A DNA stretch of 63,656 nt, counting the filler, from Atractiella rhizophila (Eukaryota), in NCBI GenBank assembly GCA_021432655.1. It is 4 parts of 4 records of this genome, joined end to end, with 100 filler letters (N's around TTAATTAATTAA, not from the genome) between each part and the next. Parts side by side here need not be neighbours in the genome. Positions count along the whole stretch, not along the records: positions 1 to 19,886 come from MU271845.1; 3 more parts are not named here. One strand, written 5' to 3'. Position 1 is the first letter of the stretch; each line of letters begins with the position of its first letter. The position numbers were made by a program, and so were the translations under genes. The notes beneath the pieces are model-generated. The model was not told the DNA's origin and made no database searches. It worked only from the letters and a program-made list of their open reading frames with translations. Below, piece after piece: positions 1 to 13,657 of the stretch.

Positions 1-2759
1 TGAACATGGCACTGGCATTGAAGGGAAGCAAGCCCTTTTAACTTGTCAAGACTCAACAAGGTTTTCCAAACTCTTTTCAACACCACCTAACCTAAACATT
101 TCCCAAGCATCTGGAAGAGATCGCCCCAACCACCATATGGGGATTCCAGCCTGATCCTCACCCCTTTGAGCTTGTACACAATAAGGAAAGGAAAAGTCGT
201 GGTGAGGTGAATCAGGACGTTTCCAAGTAGCTCTAAGATTCCTCCTCCCTTGTCCATCCTTTCCTGTTCAAAATCATAGGAGTAATACCGCGCCGAAGTT
301 TAGCAGCATTCCAAAACCGCAAGTCCCTGGCACTGTGTGAAGACGCGGAGCATGGACGACGTATGACAGAAAGCAAACCATTCATGCCTTCGGCCAGACA
401 GCTTCGGGAACATCGACTAAGTTTGACAGACGCGAGCTCAGAATATGCAAACTCTCCTTACGTCCCTAAAGACGTAAAATCTGGGGAAGATACCTCCGGC
501 ACTACTGAAGATAAATGATTTGCGACACGACTAAGGAGAATGACAAAGGAGTTGGTGCCGCAGTTAGACATGCTGAACTACATCTCGACTTACCCTGACT
601 GCGATGAGCCAGCGTGGAAGTGGCTTGGAGTTTTGGGTCTAGGACTTGTATTGGGAAAGCTCTGACGATGCATCGCACATGGATACACCACCCATAGTTC
701 TCAAGATATTCCTACCAGATCTCCAGTGTCATCCTGAACTGCGATCGTCGGCACTTTCTCACTGTCACCTGCAGCTCTCACATTCTATCTACATTCAACT
801 AGAATGGACTTGAATGGCTGACGAAGCAAGAGGGAAGCTGAGATCTGCGTAGAGCCACCTCGTCCCACCTAGGGTTCCAAACTGATCCAGCCTCAGTCAA
901 TAGATCAAGGGAACCTGAATCTGAAGACAAGAAACAGAAGCTGAAGGAAGGGGGGAGAAAGTCTCCTTTTCTCCATCCTCAGCATCGCATCGAAAAGTCA
1001 AACCGATTGAGAACGCAGATTGCTCCCCTTACATAACCGTTGAAACTCGTTTGCTGTCTCGGGCCAGGCTTTCAGGGCCGATGGACCAAATGTATCGGCT
1101 TCAATGGAGAGGGGAATGAAACGCATGGCGCCGCAAACAAAAATGAAAACGGAACCAAAACGTGGAGGATTCGTCGATGGAGGGTTGTGACTCTACTTTT
1201 TGCAGTGGCAATCAATTACATTGTAAAAACGGCTGGAGAACAGTATCACCAGGCATCATTCAAGGTCCCAGCCCGATTCCAGTGGATTCCAGACCCGGGC
1301 AAAGCCTTCACCGGTGGGTTTTACTCATAATCCGAGCACTTCCAGCAACTTCATGGAGCCCTCAGCGCCGAATCTAGTCATCGCTTAAATCTAAGACGTC
1401 GCCTTATTCACAAGTTGACAATCAGCATTGAAATCAATATGCGTCCTTCGATTGCGTTTGTACGAAGGTCAATGCTATGGTGCATAAAAATTTGACATAT
1501 ATATTCAACGATGAAGATTCTGCAGTTGAAACCTTGAGTTGACTGTACGCGAACCATCTCTTCTAACCTTGTTAGGTTGACAGCATTAGGGTGCTGGAGC
1601 TGGCTGAAGAGTACACTGAAAAGTCTCACGTTTTGCAATGAGAAGCCTTGGTCGATGCCCATTGTTCTCAAAGACAAATGTAATCACGGGACATGCCGTT
1701 CTTTTGCTCCATGCCTATTGTACGAAGGACGGTCTTACGAAGAATACCTAACAGAACACTAGGACTTCACTTCTTCTCCTTGCATCCGTCAGCATCCAGG
1801 ATGGTACACGGAGACAGACAGAACTCCTCAGAACTGATTGGAAACGAACGAAAGGGTAAGAATCGGAGCAGCGCGGATGGCGCAGGGAAAGCTAGACGGC
1901 ATTACCTCCTCCGAGATCGACGCGAGAAGGGCTAAAACCGTGATAAGACGCGGTAAGCTGTTCCACAGAAGAACAGGACATCCAAGCAGCTTTTCGGAGG
2001 CCGCGTATCATTTACATACAGCGTTCAAGCCATCAAGCGAGCTTCTGTCTCCACAAAGACGCTTCTTCGCTCAGCACCAACACGGAACCAAACATATACT
2101 GATTGATTCTCATCGTCATTTCTGCAGCCTAAGCTTTTGATTGTGGTTCCTACGAGGAGGTATTGAGCGCATTCCAATTAGCGCTCAGCGCCTCCAAAAT
2201 AAAAACGCGAAGGTGACGTTCAAATTCTCGGGATGAATAAACACCATCAAAATCAGATCAATCGATGCAGGAAAGGATTAGATTGTATGGAAAGTATGTA
2301 TATCTCCACTGTAAGAACAGGAAGAGATAGAGCTGCTGAAAGAGCTCATTACCCAATGACAATTCTACCTCTACTCAAGCCCTTAATTCAGATTGCTCAC
2401 CTTCTTTCACCCTTTCTCTTTCCTTGCTAAATCACTGCGGACAGCGATCTGCCCAGGGATCTTACACTACATTCCTGCATCTTCCGCCATTGGATGGACA
2501 TGTTGGCAGCCGTCAAACGCGTCCAATCCGATCCAATCCATTTCTGACCCAATCAAGTCCCTTTACTCCTCCATCTCGCTGCCCAATCTCGATCTCCAAT
2601 TTCGAGCAAGCGCTCGTTACTGACAGAAAACTGAAAGCAACTAGGGAAGAAAGGGAGCCTCAAAAGTTGGTCGTTTTGTGGTGTTGTGGCATTGTCATTC
2701 CCAGAATAGTCCCAACAGCTGGAAGTGGAAACGACGAACGCGAACGCGTCAAAGCAAAA

Positions 2760-3689
2760 ATGTCGGTCTCTAACCATCCCTCCTTCTCAGCACATCACCA
2801 GCGCCTCGCCCGCCAATTGCTGTATCCACGACCAGCGGCTCAAGGCGGTCCCTCTACCTCGAAGAGCGGGGAGAGGACGACGACTGAGCTGGATGTTTTG
2901 AAACGGCACCATAGATTCATACGGTCCGAAGACGGTGCAAGTGGTGAAGGGAAGGAGGGAGAAGGAGATGAATGGGGAGATAGGCTTGCGAAGAAACATT
3001 ATGAGAGTTTGTATAAGGATTGGGGGATCGTGGATCTAAAACACTGGAAGACTCGCGCTGTGGGTCATCTCCCTCCGTTTCCTTCCTTGTTTGTTGTATG
3101 AAACATGGGTTATTGCTCGTTAATCTCTCTTCTCGGTGTTTGGATTTGGTACCAGATTGCGATTCGCTGGAGAACGGAATCTGAAGTGCTTTCAGGGAAA
3201 GGAGAAACTCGATGCGCAAACGTCCGTTGCACGACCGTCCAAGTCTCCCCCTCTCCCACACACTCGCCCTCTTCGACCGAACGGCGGGTTGCGAAGGAAA
3301 AGGAGGAGGAGGAGGATAGGAGGGAGAAGCTGAAAGAGTACGAGATCCCGTTCTCGTATGTCGAAGGAGGGCAGAAGAAGAGCACCATGGTCCGTGTTCG
3401 GGTTTGCGCGAGGTGTGCGAGGAAGTTAGTGCCTTCAAGATCTAGGAAGGAGAAGGGATTGAAGCAGGATGAGAGGGAAGAGAGAGGTGTACCAGATGAT
3501 ATTGTCGAGGAAGAGGGAGAGGATGAGTATGATAGACCAGAAGACGAAGAAAGCAAGATGAATGGGAGAGAAATGGAGCGGGAAGGGAGAAAGAGGCGGA
3601 GGGAGGAGGAGAGGGAAGAGAGGCATCGAAGGGATAGAGACAAGCGACGGCGCGTAGAAGAGGAGGAGCGGCGTCATCGCCCGAAATAA
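2760..3689 (+). CDS. FRA10AC1: FRA10AC1-like (folate-sensitive fragile site / spliceosomal) protein, 2 exons
   Basis: TELDVLKRHHRFIR...WGDRLAKKHYESLYKDWGIVDLKHWK | intron (gtgggt..accag) | IAIRWRTESEVLSGKGETRCANVRC...YEIPFSYVEGGQKKSTMVRVRVCARCARKL, followed by an R/E-rich tail. Confidence 0.85.
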
Positions 3690-3900
3690 TGTGAAGATTG
3701 CTCTTCACTTGGGGATTGGGAGTATTGCATCATGTATGTCTATGGTTCGTCGTTATCGTCACGATGAAAGCTTCCAATGCTATTGCTGTACACATATCAT
3801 TTCTGTTTGTTACATTTGCAACCTCCCTTTTCACAACCAACAGTTGACCCCAGGTATCGAGAATCCCCATCCCACTCTAAATTCTCTGCAAAACCCACAT

Positions 3901-5029
3901 CTACGAATGCACAAACAGTCCCCTATCCCTAACGACCAACCCTGTCCTAGCCCTCTCCGCCCACGCCCTCACGACCTGCATGCTCCCCTCCTCTGGCGAC
4001 TGTGATCTCGGACAAAAGAACCAAAGGACGCAATCGACCTGATGCTGCGGGAGGCGCCACAAGACCAAGATGGCGTCCGTGAGCCCTTTGCGGGGGTGTT
4101 CAAAGGTGCCTTCTAGCAGTGGAGCGGGAGGCAGAGGATGGGGAGAGGAGGCGGTGGTGCTGGAGGCGGTGGGGATGGAGACGGTGGGGATGGAGGAGGT
4201 GAGGGAGAGCGAGTGGACGGTGGAGGAGGTGGAGTCGGAGTCGGAGGCTTGGGCTGAGAAGTGGAATCTGGAAGATTGGGAGTGAGCAACTTGCCAGTGG
4301 TAAGTTGAGATAGCGGTTTAGAAGGATTGTCCCCTGTCAGAAATTTGATTTGAATCATCGTTCTCGCTCTTTGATCTGATCTAGCATATATAGACAACTC
4401 GAAGACTCAGAAGACAACAAAACCATCCTTGTTGGAGTCCGAGCCTGAGAAACTCAGAGGAACGAAGGAGAAGCTTGAGCAGCCAACGCTTCGTGTCTCA
4501 GAGTGCCACAAACATTGAAAGAGTCTTGTCTCCTAAGCAATCAAGCTTGGAATGCAGAGAACGATATCAAAAATGTCTACTCTATCGTATCGATCTAAGG
4601 TTTACGCCTGGCAGACACGTACATCATCTGCACCAATAGGTCAAGGACCATGGTAGCGCATGTAATGATATGCTCTCAAGGTCGGATAATTGCTTCGCCA
4701 AACGAAACAAGAATCGAAAGGTCGCAACTGAAAGGAAGAAAGGGAGAAACCACAAACCTCAAGGCCGCTTCGTCCCCTTCCCCTGCACACACATGTTCCA
4801 ATATCTCAAACAATATGCTCCGCCCGCTCTCGTCAGGGAAGACGAAGAGCTCCTGGGTATCAGGTACTGGTCTTATATCCCTGTGATCGCATGTGTGTCA
4901 TCAACGTGTTGTTAGACTCGGAGGTTGGTGTGCGTACGATGCATCTTTGAGGTTGGGAGGGAGGAGCAGAGTGAGTGCGCCGTCGAAGAGGGGACGGGCT
5001 TCTAGTTCGTTGGGAGTTGGTTCCTTCAT
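3901..5029 (-). CDS. MOG1: Ran guanine nucleotide release factor Mog1 (Mog1/PsbP-like)
   Basis: Spliced reading MKEPTPNELEARPLFDGALTLLLPPNLKDAS|DIRPVPDTQELFVFPDESGRSILFEILE...ALR|FHFSAQ...GLVVRDRGLFVHS*; matches the Mog1 motifs LFGGAI, DASDLRQVPDTQE and FHF; intron 2 is 4268-4757. Confidence 0.8.
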
Positions 5030-5202
5030 GTATTAGATACAGCGTTGCAATTGGGGGATGATGGTTGGATGATTTGGCGGGAAGGCATCTGAATTTGAAA
5101 ACTAAAACGACGAACTTGAAGACATCCAAGAAAAAGACGTAGGCGCTTGACAAAGTAGCGAAGCAGATAGAGTAGTACAAGGCAAATATCAGCACGAAAG
5201 AG

Positions 5203-7837
5203 ATGGAATGCCATTTCTGCGGTTCCCCTCACTCACTCTCCACCAGCACCTCCACTTCGAGGAACAACAGCCCACTCTCAACCCTCCTCCGGTCCTCAAA
5301 TGGGAAGAAAGGGAAAGGGAGAGAAGGATACACGTTCAAGTGCTTGGATTGTGAGGCGTGGAATTGGTGGGATGCTGAGAAAGGAGAGTGGAGCGACTGG
5401 CGGGAAGAGTGGGCGAGGGGTTTAGGTGGAGGTTGGTGTTCTCCTCAATTGTTTTCTTCTTCGCTTTGTGAAGTGGGGTGTTGTGTTGTAAAGACTGAAA
5501 GGCCTCGTTCGAGTTGGAAAGAACAAGTGCATTCTCTGAATTTGTGTTGTTCTCTTCCTCCTCTCCCCCAAAGAGTATATCTACACGTACGAGTACGCGC
5601 TTTCGATGCTGCGATTGTTCGTTATCCCTGGACAGCTGGTTGTCTAGTTGGTGTCGAAAAAGGAGAATTCTCCCTTTCTTTTCAACATTTGGATATCAGC
5701 GAGTAAACCTGCCAAGAGTGTTGTGACAGGAGCAGGGAGCAGTCATTGCCATAAGTGCAAGTCGGCTTGACTTTTCACGTCTGTGGAGAACGCACATTCA
5801 TAAAAGTTCTGTTCTTGGTTTTCCCTTTGTCAACGTTCCATGGTTGTTTCTTGACAGTTCAACCGGGTCAGTAATCAAGAGTGATGACTTCCTGATGTGT
5901 TGAGGCTTAAACGTCTCTCATCCCATCCCCACCAGGAGTAGAAGACGTATTTCGCTATTCCAGAGAGCCAGTTTCTTCGCCCATCACGCTGTCTTCCTTT
6001 TATTCGTTGACAGCAGCCATTTTGACCGTCCCATTTCACCAGTTAACCAATGAGGAGACACATTTCGACGTGAAATGAAAGCTGAGACAACGTTTTCTAT
6101 GAGAATGAAGCTGAAACCATGCACTAACATCGTTCGAACCAGCGTCGACCTCCTATGCGCAACCCACGCCATCGCTCTCGCCCTCCTCGACACCTGTCGA
6201 TCCTCCATTCTGCAAGGACTGTCTATCGAACCAATCGCTACAACTATACCTGCTGTCGAATTTTGCATCTAACAATGAAGCCGAAGTTTCCGCCTATCGA
6301 GAAACATTGAACCATCGATATCCCATCCTCTGCGCTTCTTGTGCTCCCAAGATTGAAGAAATCGTGAAGCGGAGGGATTACAAAGTTCGAGCTATGTACC
6401 TCAATTCGCGATTGGGGGAGAGGCGACGGCAATTACCGAACTCTAGCACGACAACAAATCACGAGAAAGGGAAGGAAAAGGAGGAGCATCATGACTATCG
6501 TGATGGCAGATCGGTGTGGACTTGGCGGGTGAAAGGGGCGTTGTGGGGAGTCACAATCTTTCATGGCTGGTGCTGGAAGGGAGAGTACATGCCATGGATC
6601 ACAGTATGGTTCTTGCTGTCCTTCGTTTGGAGTTTTTGGGACCCCCATTGGAGGAAGGCTTGTAACTTGAAGAAGGCCCATTGCAAAGTTGATCGTCTGG
6701 GATTGCCCCAATGGAAGGTTTGTCATCTCTTCATCTATCGATTGTCCTCATGCCAACCTATGAGAAGTAGATATCTCAAGCCATCGTTTTCGGTCTTCGA
6801 CTTTCAGAACTAATGTTTTATCTCGCTGTCGGGTATGACATCCGACTCAAACTAGTTTCGCTCTGCATCGCAATATTGGTCAGCTTCCTGCTACTGTCCG
6901 AAACGCATCCTAACTTTGACTGTATAGGGTCTTTCCTATGGTTATTGGAATCTCCGTTTGAGCTCTCAGATACCTGTCAAAGTCCACTTGTCTCATCGAC
7001 CTCGAGTGGCTACCCCTGTGCCGCTCAATCCCGACGACCTTCAAGAACGATCCGTTCTCGATCCGCTCGCCTCTCTTTCACTGTCGACCGCAGATGCCTC
7101 TCCACTCACAATTTCTGCACAGCAGCGCCAACCAATATTTGGCGAGGCCTCGACACCAACATCTACCCTCATCGGGCAACCAGACGACTCCCCCGCACCT
7201 GAAGGAGACATGGATTGGCAACCAACATACCAAGAGCCAAGTACACGGCGGAAGTCGAACAGCTTCGTCCCAGGCCCACAACGATTTTGGCCGCCTGAAA
7301 AGCCGACCGGACTCGAATCCTTGTTCGGCAATTCCCTCCAGCTTTTAGAAGGCTCCTCTTCCTCCCCTCGATCCTCCACCTCAACACCTTTGTTAGACAC
7401 ACCTGCTCACGACGTCCTTATACGTGGTCCAACAACTACGACTGATGCATCGGGAAGGAACAGGCAGCCATCATCCATATTGCAGCTTGCCTGCGATGTG
7501 ATCGGATTGGCCTTGCTTTCAAATCATATCTTTACGAGCAATCTACCGTTTTTTGCAATCATGTGCATGATTGCTGGTTTAGCGTTGTGGGACGACCTCA
7601 ACCAACCATGGCGAATGTCACTTTCACACGTTGTGAGTCCATGCATGCATAGAGCAAACGAAGCTGAAACTAATGATTTGTTAGGGTCGGAGACTTAGAT
7701 TATTTCTGTTGATGGGTGGCTTATTCGTCCCTGTAATATCGTTTAATTTTGAGACTTCGATGCAATCGTCCAAATGGACGACAATCTTTGCAATCGACTC
7801 TTTTTGGAATATATTGATTTTGAGCGTTTCGTTTTGA
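5203..7837 (+). CDS. IMA1: Inner nuclear membrane protein Ima1 (Samp1/TMEM201 family)
   Basis: Four CxxC pairs (CHFC, CLDC, PFCKDCLSNQ, RYPILCASCAPKI) joined across intron 5432-6142; hydrophobic TM segments; GPQRFWPPEKPTGLESLF motif. Confidence 0.8.
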
Positions 7838-8311
7838 ACAAATCTGTGCATTGCAAGGCGGTATGAACACAAAGCGATGAACCAAAAAGTGAGTAGTGTT
7901 AACTGAGACTGGAGCAGCTGGTATCACAAGACGAAACCATTTCTTAGAGGCAAACAAGCAAACAAATTGAGAGAATTGGGAATTGTCATACAGGCTGGGT
8001 ATGACACTAGACGAATTACCGCATACAACTGAAGAAGAAAACCAACAATTACATTCCTTACGAAAACAATATCGAGTGAGAAATCTGTGGTGGAGATGAA
8101 CGACGGGGATTGAAGGACCACAGATTAGATTGTGGGATTTGAAAATGAGAATGCTTGTTTGCTCTCTGCATGTAGACGAAAGCAGTGGCCATGATCTGCG
8201 AAGAAGGAAGGAGTTGCTGAATGCGACAGGAATAGTCGTTCTGTCACTTATTGTGAACTTCGTCTGATGAGGCTCGGAGAGGCATACCATGAAAAGTGCT
8301 TATTGTTCAAA

Positions 8312-11300
8312 TTACTTTTTGAGACCTCTCAACTTGAGTTCAATAACCGCTTTTCTAGCCTTAATATCTTCAAGAGAGTGCAAGCCATCTTTAATTTCCG
8401 TGATAAGTTTGTCCGCTTCCAAACCGAGCGCCCTACGCCGGCATGTCAGCTTTCGAGGGACAAAGAAACAAGATCACATACTGCGACGTGACTTCACTAT
8501 GCTCGTTGAACTCGAAGACGTCCGAAGAAGACTCCGAAGGGGAGAAGAGGAAGGTGCCCGACAGATCGACACCTTTGCCCTTCAACTTAGCTTGCGCTGC
8601 AGAGTCGTTGAAGCCCGCAGAAATCTCGGATATCAAAGCCAACTTGCGCAACTGTAGTTCTTCCAATTTACGTTGCAACAATTCCTCTGGATCGATGTTT
8701 GACACGTGAGGGCTATTAAATCTGCGATCATTCTCGGCCATTTCGCGACGAAGTTCAGCGTTGAGTCGTCGAACAATGTCCTCTCTGTCTTGCTGCCTGC
8801 CTTCCGTATGGATCGTCTCCAACTCCAACGCGAGCTTCCTTTTCTCTAATTCGATCTCCTTCAACAACTGTCCCTCTCTCACCTTTCCCATCGCCTCAAG
8901 CATTTCCATCGTTATTCTCTTTCTAGCCGGGGGCACGTTAGGCGGAGCAACGTTGGTAGTAAGCTTCGGCGGGGCTGCCAATGGTGCCATACGAGGAGTA
9001 TTCAACGGCGCTAGTCCTGGCGTTCCAACGCGTCGAAATGGTGGTGGGAGAGGACCAATCATTCCCAGGGCTGGGACAATTCCGCCGTTGTCGAAGGCGT
9101 GACCTCCAACGAGTAAACCAGCTTGATTGTGACCGATACTGACAGGAGTGGTACGATGGGACGGTGCGAGATCGGGAAGGTCAAAGCTGACCCTCCTGGT
9201 GCGTTTGGGTATGGCTGGACTGTTAGCTCGTTGTACTTCTGCAGCAGCCTTCAAGGCAGGAAGCGCAAGACCACCAGCTCCTCTGACAGCCGCTTTTCCA
9301 TCCCTTCGTAACCCTTCTGTCGAGAAAAGCGAAGTCCTAGCGTCTCCTTTGCCTTCAGCACCACCAGACCCAGCCGAGGTCGATGCATCTTTCGCGGCCG
9401 TTTTATCTTTTGAAGAGCCGTTTTTCTTGAGAATCGATTTCAACGGCTTAGCGGGTATGGCTGGGGCGGGTTCAGACAGGAGTGAAGGTGACAGATGATT
9501 CAGGCCATCGGCCACCATGGGGGACGACATCGAAGCTCTTCGAGGTCTTACATCAGTCGCTTTGGCAGGACCCTCTCCTTTCCCGCGCAGAGTCTGCAGT
9601 TCCACCTCTGCTGCTTTGATCTTCGCTCGGAGGTTAGCTTCCGTAGCGCGCAGAGTGGCTTCGTTGAGACGAGCCTCGAGCATCGCGTCAGCCGTGATGG
9701 CGATATTGCTAAAGTTCAGCTCCTGCAGATTAGGGTACTGTCGTGGCGTCTGGTGCGGTTGCAGCACATAGGAGCCAGACATCGATCGACGATGGTTCCG
9801 AATGGGGTGATTGAAGGCTGTTTCGGCAGAAGGGGTGACTCGGGAACGCAATTCTCCCCAACCCCCGACGGCAGGCTTGATGGTCTCCGGTCGATTTGCA
9901 GCGGGACGCACGGTCCTGTCGATTGTAGGAAAAAGAGGGGTCTTGAGGGCAGCGGACATGCCGGGGTCAATGGCAGGGCCTCTTGGTGATGCTGCCTTCT
10001 TTGTATCAGGGGAGCCGTTGAAAGGAGAACCATTCAGTTTGGAAGCAGCTGATTATGGCACGGTTAGATAACAATGGCGCTGTGATAAAGGCACTCACGT
10101 TGTGGAATTGGTTTATTTGTGAGTTTTCTCAAACGTTCTTGTGCTCTTTCCATATCCTCACTTCTTATATCTTTATCACCACCAATCAAAGACCATTCAC
10201 CTAACCTTCCTTGATCGACCTTCGGCGCCGAAGGAGGGACAGGAAGTGGGACATCAGGCCTGGGCGAGGGCTTCTTCGCGTCCTCCAACTTTGTGCTTAC
10301 AGCAGGAGTGAGAGTGTCGGTTTTCGGAGACGGTGCGAATTGAGGTCCAATCTGAGGTTGATTTGAATCGATGGCACGATCCATAATCCCACCGAATCCG
10401 TCTTTAATTCCCCAATAAGCACCAGCCATGGACGCCGGCGGCGCGGTCCTAGCCAGACCAGAATCGACGGAAGTCTTCCTCTCCCTCGCAGTTGGGATCA
10501 CCGGCCCACTCCTGAGTAACACATCTCTCGCCTCTTTCTCCTTTCGTTGCGCCTCAGCCATCTTCTCTCTCCTCGTCGCCTCTTCCTTCCTCGCCTTCTC
10601 CGCCGCTTCCGCCTTAGCCTTCGCCGCGCGTTCCATCTCCACCAGTCGAATCACTCTTTCCACCCTTGCGATTCCAGGGTCGAGCGACGTTTGTTTCATG
10701 GGAACTTTCGCCTCCGAGCCACCGAATAAGGAGGCTGGCCCTGTGCTCAGTATCCGAGCTTTAGAGATCAGAGGTTCCGGTTCGTAGTCGTACCGAGGGG
10801 TCTTGCTCAAATCAGTGCGAGGGGAAGGATTGAACATTGGACGCGGATCGGCACCGTGTTGGATGTCGAGGCTTGACCGTGACGGGGGAGAGGGACGCTG
10901 AGGCTGGGTATCCATGCTAGGTCGGGAAGGAGATGGACGCTGAGAGGAGACTAGTGGGGATGCGTCAAGAAGGAAGTCAGCTGGTGATTGGACATTGGGA
11001 GATGGCCTCCTTTGGTCCTGCTGAAGACGAGGGATAGGATCCATCAACAAGTCTTGCGACACCTTATTCGGCGCGCTCTGTCCTTGTGTGACCTGCGCTC
11101 GGATCTCTTCATCGCTGTTCAGCCGAAGCATCAGCAATCATTCCCTGCAAACCGATTTAAGTAAGACGCACCTGAAATCCTCTCCCAAGCTCTTGAACTC
11201 CTTCGTCCTCAGCTGCTCAAAAAGTGGGCTCTTCACACCCACCGCTCCGGCTCCACCATCGTCCTCCAAATCCGCTCGAGCTTTCATCGATTCTCCCCCA

Positions 11301-12817
11301 CCGGTTCCATTTAAACGGTCCGCGAAAGCTTTCGTAGCTTCATCATCAAACTGATACCCCTCAAGCGCAGGGGATGGGACACGTTTGCCTCCGCCTCCCG
11401 AAACGTCAGCGAAAGCTTGGATCGTCGGAGCATGTTCGAAGTAGCTGACGGAAGGCGTGTAGGTCGCTTTCGAGACTGTCGGATTATCGTCTTTATAAAA
11501 CCTGTCCTGCATCCCACCTGCTACTCCCTTTCCAGGGACTTTCTCCAACCCTCTTGAAGGGCCAATCTGGGACGAACGCGCCGAGGAAGAATTAGAATGC
11601 ATTTGTTGCTGGCTCGTGGACATGGCCATGGCGATGGAAGTTGGTTCGACAGAGTTGAGATAGTTCATGACGGGACTATCGATTCCAAAATCATTGATGA
11701 TCGATTCTCTTCTCGAATTATTCTTGCTTCCATTCCCGCTTCCAGGGAGAGAGAACGACCCCGCCGGTTGGAGGTCGAATGGGACGCTGCTGATTTCGCT
11801 CGCTGAAGACTCGGACCTACTTCTCGGATGGTTGGCATAAGCCGTCGACGACGGTTTCGTCTCATCCGTCGCAAAATCGGTGCGATACCTAGCGACAGGG
11901 GTCTTCTTCAAACCTTCGTACTCATCCCCTCCATCGTCGTCATAGTATTCGTAATCGTACTTCCTCTCGCCCGCTCCTTTGCTCGCTCTTCCTCGCGAAG
12001 CAGACCTGATCGTCCCAGAATCTTTGAACTCCTTTGCAGTCGAGGTCGTACCCACGCCTCTCCCAGAAGGCGTCTTCCGACTCAATTCCCTGAGATCGTC
12101 CAAGTCAGAAGTAGACGAGGAAACGTTGGAGTTTCCCCGTCCCCGCTTCCTGTGATGACCATATGACTTGGAGTTTGGATTGACGATGGCATAGGAGGAG
12201 GATGAGGAGTCAGAATCGAGGGAAGACGGAAAGGGGACAGCCATCTGTGCTTTCGGGGTTGTAGCAGGTTGAAACGATGGAGGTTTAGGAAGTATTGAAA
12301 GCGCAGAGGCGGGGGGAGCGTAGAATCCATAATCTGAGAAGAGAGAAGGCATCGGTTTAGCTTGTTGTGTATTAATATTCGCGTTCGAGGTAGTCGGCGA
12401 GAATCCGTCGTTCGAAACTCGCTTCGATCCGTTCTCGATCCTCCCTCCTCCAAACATTCCATTCTCCCTCGCCATGGACATCGAAGTCAGGCTAACCAAT
12501 CCGCCTGACTCCTTCTTCCATTCGGTGGCAGCAGCCTCCGCTAAACCAGAATGTTCGAGATTCTCCCATCCGCCTGAATTCTCAGACGAAGCGGTTGGGG
12601 AAGACGGAACGGTCCTCTTCTTTGGTGACTGTGATTGTGATGATGACAGTTGATTCGATGGTCCGGGTCTGGCAGAGGTGGATGGGAGCTCTTCAAATCG
12701 TTCTTCGGAGCGAGGGTCGGGATGGACGATGTGGTTATCAATGATTTGTGCGCCGGTAGATGATGATGCACTTTTGTTGGAGAACAGGGGGAGGATGGAA
12801 CCGAGGGAGAACGACAT
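8312..12817 (-). CDS. Large Ser/Pro-rich, low-complexity hypothetical protein with coiled-coil patches (multi-exon)
   Basis: Three long co-oriented ORFs (559, 357, 508 aa) separated by short GT-AG introns; last exon ALGLEADKLITEIK...RGLKK* stops at 8312. Confidence 0.7.
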
Positions 12818-13657
12818 TGTCTATGAGAAGGAAGAATCAAATCAGCAACCAAGCTGGCATGAGTAAAGCATGTAGGTAGCCTTCTTAAAGGGTGTTTTAT
12901 ACGTGCGCGAGAATCGGGTGAGCAAAGAAGGACCATAAGGATGCAACGATGCAACGGACACAAACAAGTGATCAGATGAACAATGAAGTCATGATCAGCA
13001 ACTTTGGCAGCGAGTTGAGCTGAGCAAACATGGAAACATCTCATTTCAGCCGATAGCTCCACGCCACCAAAAGCACAATCAAATCCACTGCTGAAAGATC
13101 AAGCGGACGTTCATCTCATACCCATCAAACATTGGCAGGCACGGGGAGGCAATAAGCGATGGCCCAAATGCCGATTGGTCAAATTTATTCCAAAAAACGT
13201 TGACATAGCGGCTCTCGCCTTTCGGCATAAGGAAGCCACAGATCCCCACGCTCGCCATCCGCCACGAAGCGAGAGGACGTACCTGCAAACGGCAATCTCC
13301 TCTCCGTGGTCAATCCTGGTATCCCGATAAAAAAACGCTGGCAATTAAATATCGTATAGGTAGACAGGGGGCTCGTGCGCAAGGTGATGCCAAAGGCAAA
13401 GGAGGGAGAAGGCTTCTGTTGATTCTGATGGTCGTTTGCTTTGGGCACAAAATTTCGATAAAGCGTGAGTCACATCGCAGATCTGACGTCGTTAATTAAG
13501 TTCGCAGCGATTGCTCTGCCTATCTGTCCCGATTAGGTTCCGGCCGACAAATGCGCCCAAACATTAGGTCAACAGCTCAACACAAACACCAACACAACAG
13601 CTTCCCAGGGAGTTCTCAACAAAATTAGATAGAGTGTGGGTGTAGAATATCGCTGCC

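Noticed and set aside
1..2140. Fragmentary protein-like frames (possible decayed F-box/LRR-type genes)
   Set aside because: Many stops, no recognisable motif or consistent exon chain; a spot-check of the complement was also uninformative.
3110..3708. Antisense ORFs over FRA10AC1 and similar shadow ORFs over other genes
   Set aside because: Low-complexity S/L/F-rich antisense frames of E/R/K-rich exons.
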